Positions 1 to 7,706 of a stretch of 33,902 nt of DNA are shown here, piece after piece; positions within the stretch are counted from its first letter, which is position 1; each line of letters starts with the position of its first letter. Location: positions 1-33,902 of IMG/VR virus record IMGVR_UViG_3300044667_000292; one strand, given 5' to 3'. The DNA is from a virus (taxonomy: Duplodnaviria; Caudoviricetes). Position numbers and translations under genes: made by a program. The notes under the pieces were generated by a model. That model worked only from the letters and a program-made list of their open reading frames with translations. It did no database searches and had not been told where the DNA came from.

Positions 1-1368
1 ATGACGGAGACAGAGCGCGTCCTGCGGGAGCGGATCGCACGGGCGATGGACGAGTGGGGGCTCGCGGTCGATCCGGAGGCGCGTTCCGACGGCGAGCCGT
101 CCTTGATGGACGGGGTCTGGCGGGTCGTCGCCCCGATCGTGGCCGAGCGAGACGAGGCGCGACAGCAAGCGCAGCGCTACCTGGAAGGCGCCAAGTACGA
201 GCGGGAGCGCGCGGCGTCGGAGGCGCGTGCCGTGGACACGCTCCGAGGTGACTTCCGCCGGATCCGAGAAGACCGCGACATGGAGCGCGGCAAGCGGGTC
301 CAGGCCGAACACGAACGGGACCAGGCGGTCGCCCTCGTGCACGGCATGTCGGCCACGCTCAGCACTGCGGCCGTCCGTCTGGGACTGCACTCACCGACCG
401 CGTCCGGGGACGAGATGATCGACGCGATCGACGGGCTGCTCGTCGAGCTGGCCGAGACGCAGCGCGAGCGCGACGCCCACGTCCACACCCTCGACCACGT
501 CCTGGGCGAGTTGCACGCCGCAGTGGGTGGCGACGCGGACGCCGCGACCCTGGCCACGTTCCCGGACGCGCTAGAGGCGATCCGGGAACTGCGGTGGCTG
601 CACGCCGAAGCGGTGTGGCTGTGGAAGCGCGCCGAGGCTGACGAGGCAGCAGAACACGCCCGTGTGGCGTCCCTGGAGTCCGAGCTGGATGAGGCGCGTG
701 CAGTGGCGGGTGCCGAGCACGGGACCGCGCTTGCGCTGATCGAGTACACCCGTGAGCTCCAGGCGCGTGTGGCAGCACGGGACCGCCGCATCCGTGATCT
801 GGAGCAGCGGGCCGTGATACTGCCCGACGACCGCTCACAGGCGTGGATGGACCTGTGGAACGCGATGAACCGGCACCCGAAGGTTTGTGGTGCCGTATCT
901 GAGGAGCGGCTCAACGACTGCGCGTGGGCGGCGCTCGCGCTGATCGAGTCGTGGCGGGGTGTGGCGGCCCAACCCGCCGAGCCGACGCGCCCGCTCCGTC
1001 GTGATCAGGAAGTACTCGCCCGCTGGATGGGCGCGGAGATCGAACCTGCTCGTCCCTCCTCTCGCCCCACGCCACCAGAGTGCGCATGGTGCGGTCACGA
1101 GTTCAGCAGGGGCGCCGGATTCACGCGTGTCGAGGACAACCCGAACTGCCCGACGCACCACCCGGCCGAGCTGGCCGACTTCGACGCCGCTCTCCGCGCT
1201 GCCGGGCACGTGCCAGACGCCGAGCGATGCACCGTGACCGACGACACCGGTCGCCGCTGCGTCAAGGGCCGTGCGATGCCGCACCACCACGAGTTCGACC
1301 TGAGTTACCGACAGGCCGCCGCTCGACCCGTGCCACAGGGCGAGACCACGGCGCATAGCGATGACTGA
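1..1368 (+). CDS. Hypothetical coiled-coil protein with C-terminal Cys/His motifs
   Basis: 455 aa ORF; E/R/A-rich helical N-terminal region; CAWCGH...CPTHH and C..C..HHH near the C-terminus. Confidence 0.75.
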   Translation: MTETERVLRERIARAMDEWGLAVDPEARSDGEPSLMDGVWRVVAPIVAERDEARQQAQRYLEGAKYERERAASEARAVDTLRGDFRRIREDRDMERGKRVQAEHERDQAVALVHGMSATLSTAAVRLGLHSPTASGDEMIDAIDGLLVELAETQRERDAHVHTLDHVLGELHAAVGGDADAATLATFPDALEAIRELRWLHAEAVWLWKRAEADEAAEHARVASLESELDEARAVAGAEHGTALALIEYTRELQARVAARDRRIRDLEQRAVILPDDRSQAWMDLWNAMNRHPKVCGAVSEERLNDCAWAALALIESWRGVAAQPAEPTRPLRRDQEVLARWMGAEIEPARPSSRPTPPECAWCGHEFSRGAGFTRVEDNPNCPTHHPAELADFDAALRAAGHVPDAERCTVTDDTGRRCVKGRAMPHHHEFDLSYRQAAARPVPQGETTAHSDD

Positions 1369-1498
1369 CTGGCCGGGCATGGAACTGGACGGGTCGGCGG
1401 ACCTGATTGTGCTGGCGCTGGACCGCATGGGCTACATCCGCACTCGACGTCGGCGACCACCGGTGTGCGTCTCGGACGACAAGGAGGACGACCGGTGA
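1361..1498 (+). CDS. Small hypothetical protein (45 aa, MTDWPGMELDG...)
   Basis: ATG overlaps the end of the previous gene; stop overlaps the GTG of the next gene (GTGA). Confidence 0.5.
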   Translation: MTDWPGMELDGSADLIVLALDRMGYIRTRRRRPPVCVSDDKEDDR

Positions 1499-1908
1499 GG
1501 GCCCTGACGGTCCGACAGCCGTGGGCGTGGGCCATCGCACGCGGCCACAAGACGATCGAGAACCGAAGCTGGGCGACCGCCTATCGAGGTCCGCTGGCCA
1601 TTCACGCGGCAGCGAAGTGGGACGACGACGGTGAGTATGTGCTCCGCGAGGTCGTCCAGCGCATCAGAGAGCAGGGCGACTTCCCGCCGAAGACGCTGGC
1701 CGATGACCTGCCATTCAGCGGGACCGGTCTCATCGTCGCCGTGGTCGACCTGGTGGATATCTGCACCAAGCGGTTCGGCTGCGACTGTGGACCGTGGGCG
1801 GTCGCTGGTGAGACGCACTGGAAGCTGGCCAATGCCCACCTGCGCACCGGTCCAGCGGTGAAAGGCCGGCTCGGCCTGTGGGAGTGGGAGGACGACGACC
1901 GTGGTTGA
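1495..1908 (+). CDS. ASCH domain protein
   Basis: RALTVRQPWAWAIARGHKTIENRSW..YRGPLAIHA (GxKxxExR ASCH motif); C-terminal KGRLGLW; RBS AAGGAGG at 1481-1487. Confidence 0.9.
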   Translation: MRALTVRQPWAWAIARGHKTIENRSWATAYRGPLAIHAAAKWDDDGEYVLREVVQRIREQGDFPPKTLADDLPFSGTGLIVAVVDLVDICTKRFGCDCGPWAVAGETHWKLANAHLRTGPAVKGRLGLWEWEDDDRG

Positions 1909-2128
1909 CATCGTGCTGGGCGGCATCAACAACCGCTGGTGCTCCGCCGGCCTGGTCTGGGAGCCAGACCAGAAGGGCGGCTACATCAACCTGCTGACCT
2001 TCACGTTCGACGTCGGGTACGGCAAGTTCGGCGCGGCGACGGCAACGTGGGACTTCACGTGCAAGCGGATGCGCAAGGAGCCCAGCCGCGCGCTGGCTAC
2101 CGGCCAGGAGGACAACTGTGTCCAGTGA
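1901..2128 (+). CDS. Hypothetical protein
   Basis: 75 aa ORF overlapping both neighbours in the operon. Confidence 0.6.
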   Translation: MVDIVLGGINNRWCSAGLVWEPDQKGGYINLLTFTFDVGYGKFGAATATWDFTCKRMRKEPSRALATGQEDNCVQ

Positions 2129-2414
2129 CCTCGCCCAGTCCGTGGTGGACGCCGTGACCCAGGCACTACGGGACGCCCGGTACGTGGACCCGGACGACGA
2201 CACGATGCCCCGATACCACCCTGTCGACCGCTATCCGCACACCATCGACGTGTGGGTGTCGGCTGAGACGGTGGCCCGTGCGGCGGTAGCGGCGACCCTG
2301 CGGGCGATGCGGGACGACGGCTGGACACTCACACGTTCCTCGGGTGAGGGCCGGGCGGTGGTGCTGGTGGTCGAGCAGCTGGCTGACCGTGTGGAGCACG
2401 TCGATGGCCGTTGA
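2118..2414 (+). CDS. Hypothetical protein
   Basis: 98 aa; RBS GGAGGA upstream; coupled to neighbours. Confidence 0.7.
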   Translation: MSSDLAQSVVDAVTQALRDARYVDPDDDTMPRYHPVDRYPHTIDVWVSAETVARAAVAATLRAMRDDGWTLTRSSGEGRAVVLVVEQLADRVEHVDGR

Positions 2415-2610
2415 GACGCCCTGCCAGACACCCGGCGCGACATACCACGTGGGTATCGCCGGTAGGGAGATCACCGTGTGGGTCGAACTGCCCGAAGGAC
2501 TGGACCTGACCGAGCAGCATGCTGCCGTGCTGGACGCGAACCTGCACAACGCGGTCGAACTGGCCCTGGCACCGCTGTGGGCGCGTGTGGAGCACGGAGG
2601 CGAGCGGTGA
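2404..2610 (+). CDS. Hypothetical protein (MAVETPCQ...)
   Basis: GGAG RBS; fills the gap between coupled genes. Confidence 0.65.
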   Translation: MAVETPCQTPGATYHVGIAGREITVWVELPEGLDLTEQHAAVLDANLHNAVELALAPLWARVEHGGER

Positions 2611-2765
2611 CTCGTCTCCTGCGTCGCCTGCGCTGCCACGGCACCCTCCTCTGCTGCCAGTACACCGACCGTCCGATGTGCAACAGCCCGTACGACCCAC
2701 ACCTGCTCGGTCGTCTTCGGTGGTGGCGGCACGCGCGTCGACAGATCCGAGAGGAGCAGCGGTGA
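2607..2765 (+). CDS. Small basic Cys/His hypothetical protein
   Basis: GGAGG RBS; GTGA overlaps at both ends. Confidence 0.55.
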   Translation: MTRLLRRLRCHGTLLCCQYTDRPMCNSPYDPHLLGRLRWWRHARRQIREEQR

Positions 2766-3040
2766 GGGTTGAGTCCAGCGAGATCGCGCGTCTCGCCCTG
2801 AAGCGCATGGACCGCCACGAGGCCGAGTCCTACGAGGGCGGCGGGTCGGAGACGTTCACGGACCCGGACGGCGGCCTCCTGCGCTACGGGGCGGCTCTCC
2901 GGCGCGTCCTCGCGATCTGCGCGAAATGGGACCAGGGCTGCGACCACGGCGAGCGGCAGTTGCTCGACCAGGTCCGGCAGGCCATCGGCTACGAGATGGG
3001 CGTCACCGAGGCGCCACCCGAGGGGAGTGACTGGCGGTGA
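2762..3040 (+). CDS. Hypothetical protein (MRVESSEIARL...)
   Basis: GAGGAG RBS; GTGA overlaps. Confidence 0.7.
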   Translation: MRVESSEIARLALKRMDRHEAESYEGGGSETFTDPDGGLLRYGAALRRVLAICAKWDQGCDHGERQLLDQVRQAIGYEMGVTEAPPEGSDWR

Positions 3041-3291
3041 GAGACCTGGACACAGCGATCCGACAGCAGCTCGCCGACGACGCCGACGGCACACCCGAGG
3101 ACGCCATCCTCGCGGCGGTGCACTACGCCGACGCGCTGCGTGCCGTGCTGGACCTACACCACGCCGACGAGTACAGCGACTGCGTCGAGTGTGGCGTCGA
3201 TGTCGGCGAGAACCCGATTCCGTGGCCGTGTGACACCGTCCGTGCCATCGCCGGCCACTTGGGCGTCGACACCGAGGAGACACAACGATGA
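3037..3291 (+). CDS. Small putative Zn-binding phage protein (H..CxxC..WPCxT motif)
   Basis: RAVLDLHH..CVECG..WPCDTVRAIA resembles the C-terminus of 31091-31567. Confidence 0.75.
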   Translation: MRDLDTAIRQQLADDADGTPEDAILAAVHYADALRAVLDLHHADEYSDCVECGVDVGENPIPWPCDTVRAIAGHLGVDTEETQR

Positions 3292-3614
3292 CCGTGCAGA
3301 AGTTCCGCAAGAAGCCCGTCGAGATCGAGGCGATCCGCTGGACCGGCGACAACGCTAGCGACATCAAGGCGTTCGTCGGCTACAAGGACAACGGCGAATG
3401 CCGCTTCCTCCTGCCCGACGAGATCACCGGAGTGTGGCATCACCCGTGCGTCTGGGAGGACAACCACGCACAGTGGATCGCCGTGCTACCGGACTACTGG
3501 GTCATCAAGGGCACGCAGGGTGAGTTCTACCCCTGCGACCCCGAAGCGTTCGCCGCGACGTACGAAGCCGCCGTACCCCGAGGAGACACACCATGGCTGA
3601 CATCATCGACGTGA
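3288..3614 (+). CDS. Conserved phage protein (KKPVEIEA...GEFYPC family)
   Basis: FRKKPVEIEAIRWTG and WVIKGTQGEFYPCDPEAFAATYE, a widespread phage family of unknown function. Confidence 0.85.
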   Translation: MTVQKFRKKPVEIEAIRWTGDNASDIKAFVGYKDNGECRFLLPDEITGVWHHPCVWEDNHAQWIAVLPDYWVIKGTQGEFYPCDPEAFAATYEAAVPRGDTPWLTSST

Positions 3615-4042
3615 TCGACAAGGCCACCGGCTGCCAGCAGTGCGGCGCCACGCTCGGCGGGTCGCCCTCAGACGATTTCTGCTCCGAGGATTGCCAGCAC
3701 GCGTGGTTGTCGAAGCGGGTCGGCATGGTGTCCTCATGGTTCGCAGCGTCCATCCAGTTCGACACGTCCCGCCTCGAAGGTGTCATCGGGGAAATCCGGA
3801 CATCGTTCCGCAGGCTAGCTGCCGCAGCGGCGGAAACGGCCGCGACGTGGCCCGTGGTCCCACGAGAGGAGCAGCAGCCACAGCGCGGGCAGCCAGGTAT
3901 CCCCTGTGGCGAGTCCTGCTGGGCCGACGACGGAGACAACTACTGCGTGTGCGGCGAGGGCACCGAGGAAGGCCACCGGCGCCCAGCGGCCTGGGAATGG
4001 ACCGACTCCGCGGCTGGGGTCCCACGAGAGGAGCAGCAGTGA
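3593..4042 (+). CDS. Hypothetical Cys-motif protein with duplicated VPREEQQ segment
   Basis: GAGGAG RBS; CQQC...FCSEDC; internal 22-bp direct repeat. Confidence 0.7.
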   Translation: MADIIDVIDKATGCQQCGATLGGSPSDDFCSEDCQHAWLSKRVGMVSSWFAASIQFDTSRLEGVIGEIRTSFRRLAAAAAETAATWPVVPREEQQPQRGQPGIPCGESCWADDGDNYCVCGEGTEEGHRRPAAWEWTDSAAGVPREEQQ

Positions 4043-4047
4043 GCCGG

Positions 4048-4500
4048 TCAGCGCTTGCCGAGCCAGTTGCGGACCGTCATCCGGTCCACTCCAGCACGGC
4101 GGGCCAGTTCGGCTTCGGAGTACAGCGCGGGCACGAGTTCGTGGATGTGCTCGCGCAGGTGCTTCCGTGCCGTCGTGGCTGCCTCGGACCGTCGCAGGAT
4201 CGCGTCCCACGTGTTTTCCTGCGCGATGTACCAGAATTCGATCTCGCGGAGTTCGTACCTGATGATGTCGGCGGCATCGTCCGGGAAGGGCCCGTCGCAC
4301 ACGAAGGTGTCGTCGTCGCGCAGTTCGATGCCCTCCGCGTCCTTCAGCCGGTAGCTGACCTGGTCGCGGCAGAGCCGGGTGATCTCGTCGACGTTGTAGG
4401 CGGTCGGCTCGCTGGGTGTTCCCTGGGCGAGTGCAGCCCGTACCCACGCGTCGAGGGTCGGGTGGTTGGCGTACTGGCTGAACGGAGCTTCCGTGGTCAT
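4048..4500 (-). CDS. Protein with C-terminal helix-turn-helix (moron-like regulator)
   Basis: C-terminal YSEAELARRAGVDRMTVRNWLGK; opposite strand to the surrounding operon. Confidence 0.85.
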   Translation of the reverse strand: MTTEAPFSQYANHPTLDAWVRAALAQGTPSEPTAYNVDEITRLCRDQVSYRLKDAEGIELRDDDTFVCDGPFPDDAADIIRYELREIEFWYIAQENTWDAILRRSEAATTARKHLREHIHELVPALYSEAELARRAGVDRMTVRNWLGKR

Positions 4501-4539
4501 GTAGAGAACTCTACACCTAAGCCTGTAGAGATGTCTACA
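4500..4539 (-). promoter_or_regulatory. Leaderless promoter with two palindromic operators
   Basis: TGTAGA-N4-TCTACA at 4500-4515 and 4524-4539; minus strand TAGACA-N18-TAGAGT-N7-ATG. Confidence 0.75.
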
Positions 4540-4580
4540 TCAAACCCGGTGTTGGCCGTGGTCCCACGAGAGGGGACACC

Positions 4581-4802
4581 GTGACCGCCGACGACGAGCT
4601 GTACCGCGACCTGACCGAGCGGGAACGCGCCGTGATCGACGCGCTCAGCGACGTCGAGGGCATCGAAACCGACGCCGCCACCGGCGACTGGGACGACGGG
4701 ACGGTGGAGAACGCCGCCACCTCCGCCGCCAGGGAGCTGGGTGACCTCCTCAAGGCTGTGCAGGCGCGCATGGCGCAGATCCCACCGGCGGAGGCATCGT
4801 GA
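4581..4802 (+). CDS. Acidic hypothetical protein
   Basis: 73 aa; GAGGGG RBS supplied by the repeat copy. Confidence 0.65.
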   Translation: MTADDELYRDLTERERAVIDALSDVEGIETDAATGDWDDGTVENAATSAARELGDLLKAVQARMAQIPPAEAS

Positions 4803-4842
4803 CCGTCCCCGCCGGCGACCCCCACGACAGGAGACACGCAGC

Positions 4843-5106
4843 ATGACCACCCACACCCGAACCCACGTCATCGTGACCTTCGCCGACCCGTACCTCACCT
4901 GCGAGCAGTGCGGCGCGTGGGTCACGTCGTGGCACGACGACGACCGCTGCGGCTGCGACGACAGCGGCTTCTGGAACCTGCCCTGCGAGCACCAGGCCGG
5001 CATCACCAGCGTCTGCCCGTCATGGAGCCCGGTCGACGGTTGCCAGTGTCTCGAACATCTCGGCAGCGTCAACCACGCCGAACCGCCCACACAGGACCAG
5101 CCGTGA
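4843..5106 (+). CDS. Cys-rich putative metal-binding protein
   Basis: AGGAG RBS; CEQC, H..CGC, CEH, CP, CQC..H. Confidence 0.7.
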   Translation: MTTHTRTHVIVTFADPYLTCEQCGAWVTSWHDDDRCGCDDSGFWNLPCEHQAGITSVCPSWSPVDGCQCLEHLGSVNHAEPPTQDQP

Positions 5107-5228
5107 CCTCGGTGCCGGACCCCGACCACCTCACCGGCCGCCTACTCGCCGACGACCCAGGCGACACCCCGATCTACGACCAGCTCGCCGCCGAGATGGC
5201 CCACCGAGACACCGAGGAGGACGAGTGA
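5103..5228 (+). CDS. Small hypothetical protein (41 aa, DTPIYDQLAAE)
   Basis: GTGA overlaps at both ends; AGGA RBS. Confidence 0.55.
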   Translation: MTSVPDPDHLTGRLLADDPGDTPIYDQLAAEMAHRDTEEDE

Positions 5229-5479
5229 CCGACCCGATCGCCGCCGCACGCGAGACCCTGCACGAGCAGTGCCTCCTTGCCCTGCTGCGCATCGTCCGAG
5301 ACAACAACTGGCGCATCCAACTCGGCTACTACGGCACGAACCAGGCCATCACGGTCACCAACCAGTACGGCGAGCACATCGCCGGATTCAACGCTGGCTG
5401 GGGAAGCACGTTCTACGACGCCGCCGAGCACGTCCTGGCCAAAGCCGCTGCGAAGGTCCCGCCGAAGGAGACAGCATGA
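5225..5479 (+). CDS. Hypothetical protein
   Basis: GAGGAGGA RBS; coupled to neighbours. Confidence 0.7.
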   Translation: MTDPIAAARETLHEQCLLALLRIVRDNNWRIQLGYYGTNQAITVTNQYGEHIAGFNAGWGSTFYDAAEHVLAKAAAKVPPKETA

Positions 5480-6015
5480 CCCGCGCCATCCCCCTCCTGA
5501 TCGCCGCCGCACTCCTCACCACCGCCTGCCAGGCCACCACCGGAGGCGGCACCACCACCGCAGCACCCATCACCACCATCACCACCACCTGCCACGCCCA
5601 CAGCGACCACGGCCAACCCCTACCTGATCCGACGTGCACGCCCGGTGCGCTCAACCCCAACGTCACCCAGGCCGACATCCACTCCACCATCTGCAAGCGC
5701 GGCTGGACCGCCACCATCCGGCCACCGGCGTCCTACACCGAGCCCCTCAAGCGGCGGCAGATCGCCCAGTACGGGTACAGCGACCGGCGGCTCGGATCCT
5801 ATGAGGAAGATCATCTGGTTGCACTCAGCCTCGGCGGGTCACCCACCGACGTCCGCAACCTCTGGCCCGAGCCAGGCGCGTCGCCCAACCCGAAAGACGG
5901 CGTGGAGTCAGCGCTCAACCACGCGGTCTGCGCCGGCCGCGTCCCGCTCGCCGCGGCACAGCGGGCTATCGCCACCGACTGGGCCACCGCCAAGCAGAAA
6001 CTGGGCATCCGATGA
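5476..6015 (+). CDS. Putative lipoprotein with His-Me/HNH-like nuclease motif
   Basis: Signal peptide with lipobox-like LLTTAC; Thr-rich linker; YEEDHLVALSLGG..NLWPE..NPKD. Confidence 0.75.
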   Translation: MTRAIPLLIAAALLTTACQATTGGGTTTAAPITTITTTCHAHSDHGQPLPDPTCTPGALNPNVTQADIHSTICKRGWTATIRPPASYTEPLKRRQIAQYGYSDRRLGSYEEDHLVALSLGGSPTDVRNLWPEPGASPNPKDGVESALNHAVCAGRVPLAAAQRAIATDWATAKQKLGIR

Positions 6016-6413
6016 GCAGCATGTACCGCCTGATCTGCCTCTCCCACGACCCCGGACTCGAACTCGACACCGAATGGCACTCCGGCGCCAACGGCCGAGA
6101 CGTCGCCGAGAACGCCTTGAGGTACCTGAAGTTCAACACCGGCCGCCCGGCGGACGTCGATGGCAACACCGAACTGACCGGCCACGCGAAGTGCGACCTC
6201 ATCATCGGCCGCTACTCCTACCCGATCGTCGAGGTCGGGTACCTGCCCTACAACACCAACGTCCACTGGATCGACGTCGAGTGGCTCCGCGTCCTAGCGG
6301 CGGCAGTGATCCTGCACGACCGGCACGGCAACCAGATCCCACCGTTCCCACGCGGGTGGACGCCCGAACTGATGCGCCGGCTGACACCACACCTGCGGAT
6401 GGAGGACACGTGA
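6012..6413 (+). CDS. Hypothetical protein
   Basis: 133 aa; ATGA overlap. Confidence 0.7.
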   Translation: MSSMYRLICLSHDPGLELDTEWHSGANGRDVAENALRYLKFNTGRPADVDGNTELTGHAKCDLIIGRYSYPIVEVGYLPYNTNVHWIDVEWLRVLAAAVILHDRHGNQIPPFPRGWTPELMRRLTPHLRMEDT

Positions 6414-6727
6414 CCGACCTCCTGGGACGTCACCGACCCACGGCCACCGTTCGCGCCATGACCCCTTGGCCGAACCCTGAAGGGCCACCGATCCGCACGC
6501 TGACTGCCGCACCCGGCTGCCCGTACTGCGACACGTGGCGCTGCCCACTCATTGGCCCTGTCCGCGACGTCATCGACCTCGACCAAGGCGTCATCGCCGG
6601 CCCAAGCTTCCTACCTGACGGAGTTGCCAACGCTCTCGGACTCGTCGACCGGGAGCCGCGGACGCAAACGTGCTACGTCCGAGAGTGCGTCGACTGCGGC
6701 CACGCCTGGAATGAAGCCATAGACTGA
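6410..6727 (+). CDS. Putative Zn-ribbon protein
   Basis: GGAGG RBS; CPYC ... CVDCGHAW. Confidence 0.65.
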   Translation: MTDLLGRHRPTATVRAMTPWPNPEGPPIRTLTAAPGCPYCDTWRCPLIGPVRDVIDLDQGVIAGPSFLPDGVANALGLVDREPRTQTCYVRECVDCGHAWNEAID

Positions 6728-6732
6728 TCTCC

Positions 6733-6840
6733 GCGCGGGTAACCCAAGCGGCCCAGGGTTGACCCACTAGACGCCGACCGCGTCGCCCGTGGCACAGGGG
6801 TATGCGGAGGCGCCGTCCGTTCAAATCGGACCCCGCGCAC
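6733..6840 (+). ncRNA. tRNA-like RNA: intact acceptor, D and T arms; no canonical anticodon arm
   Basis: Acceptor GCGCGGG(6733-39)/CCCGCGC(6832-38); T8A9; D stem ACCC/GGGT with GG-containing loop; T arm GTCCG-TTCAAAT-CGGAC (6815-31). Confidence 0.7.
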
Positions 6841-6844
6841 TCAC

Positions 6845-7075
6845 TCACGCCGACTCCTTGGCACCGAGGACCGCCAGGATGTCCTGAGTCGACACCCGCC
6901 ACCGCCGCCCCACCTTCGTGCACTTCGCCGGGAACTCACCCGCCGCCGCCAACCGGTACGCCGCCGTCCGACCGAGCTTGAACGCCCGAGCCGCCGTCGA
7001 CAAGTCCACCACCGCACCCCACGACCGAACCTCGTCATAGGTGCAGGGTCGCTGCTCGTTCATGCTGCTCAGCAT
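6845..7075 (-). CDS. Xis/AlpA/BldC-like winged-helix (HTH_17-type) DNA-binding protein
   Basis: VDLSTAARAFKLGRTAAYRLAAAGEFP..KVGRRWRVST. Confidence 0.85.
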   Translation of the reverse strand: MLSSMNEQRPCTYDEVRSWGAVVDLSTAARAFKLGRTAAYRLAAAGEFPAKCTKVGRRWRVSTQDILAVLGAKESA

Positions 7076-7085
7076 ACGTTCCCCG

Positions 7086-7153
7086 TGCCGCCAAATGCCG
7101 CCTCGTGCCGCCGAGTGTCACCTTTGCCGACCCTCCGACGTGTCGATCACACT
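7086..7153 (+). promoter_or_regulatory. 10-bp-phased TGCCGCC repeats and candidate late promoter
   Basis: TGCCGCC at 7086, 7096, 7106; variants at 7116 and 7125; TTGCCG(7124-29)-N18-CACACT(7148-53). Confidence 0.55.
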
Positions 7154-7214
7154 GCGCGCGAGGGCGTGCATCCGCGCTCCCCACGCGAAGTTGACGCACT
7201 AGGGGGTGACGGCC

Positions 7215-7706
7215 ATGCCACAGCACGACCCCGAAGCCACGGCCGCCGCCACCGAACGCGAAGCCGTGATCGTGCGCCTCAAACGCGAGGGCCTCACCTT
7301 CGACGAGATCGGCCAGCGGTTCGGCGTGTCGAAGCAGGTCGTGCACCGCCAGTTCCACCGCGCGATCCGCCGTGGACTCACCGTGCAGGTCGACGCGTAC
7401 CGGGATGAGCAGCTCGCCCGGATCGAGGCGGCCCGCGAGGTCGTCATGGACGTGCTGCACGCCAGGCACGTGGTGGTGTCCAACGGTCACGTGGTCAGCG
7501 AGATCACCGGGCAGGACGCGGAGGGCAAGCCGATCTACGGCGAGCCGCTGGTCGACGACGGTCCGGTGCTCGCGGCGGTCGACCGGTTGGTGAAGTTGGA
7601 CGACCAGGAGGCGCGGCTGCTGGGCCTGTATGCGGCGGCGAAGGTCGAGACGGACACGACGCTGCGGTACGAGGTTGTCGGCGTGGATCCTGGTGATGTC
7701 GTGTGA
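7215..7706 (+). CDS. Probable terminase small subunit (N-terminal HTH)
   Basis: LKREGLTFDEIGQRFGVSKQVV HTH; ARLLGLYAAAKVE tail; first gene of the structural operon, upstream of TerL. Confidence 0.7.
   Translation: MPQHDPEATAAATEREAVIVRLKREGLTFDEIGQRFGVSKQVVHRQFHRAIRRGLTVQVDAYRDEQLARIEAAREVVMDVLHARHVVVSNGHVVSEITGQDAEGKPIYGEPLVDDGPVLAAVDRLVKLDDQEARLLGLYAAAKVETDTTLRYEVVGVDPGDVV

Larger units (their letters stand above)
3852..4573 (+). repeat. Direct repeat family with core GGTCCCACGAGAGG (3 copies)
   Basis: GGTCCCACGAGAGGAGCAGCAG identical at 3856-3877 and 4018-4039; CCGTGGTCCCACGAGAGG at 3852-3869 and 4556-4573. Confidence 0.85.

Noticed and set aside
3852-4573. CRISPR array
   Set aside because: Spacing is irregular (162 and about 540 bp), the repeats are coding/RBS-bearing, and there are no cas genes
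5515-5600. ACC-rich microsatellite-like tract
   Set aside because: Encodes the Thr-rich linker of the lipoprotein
6733-6840. Functional tRNA-Leu(TAG) or amber suppressor (ACTAGA near 6766)
   Set aside because: The flanking bases cannot form an anticodon stem; kept only as a tRNA-like RNA
6845-7075. Excisionase marking an att site at the tRNA-like element
   Set aside because: No integrase nearby, no duplicated tRNA 3' end seen in the window, and phage genes continue on both sides
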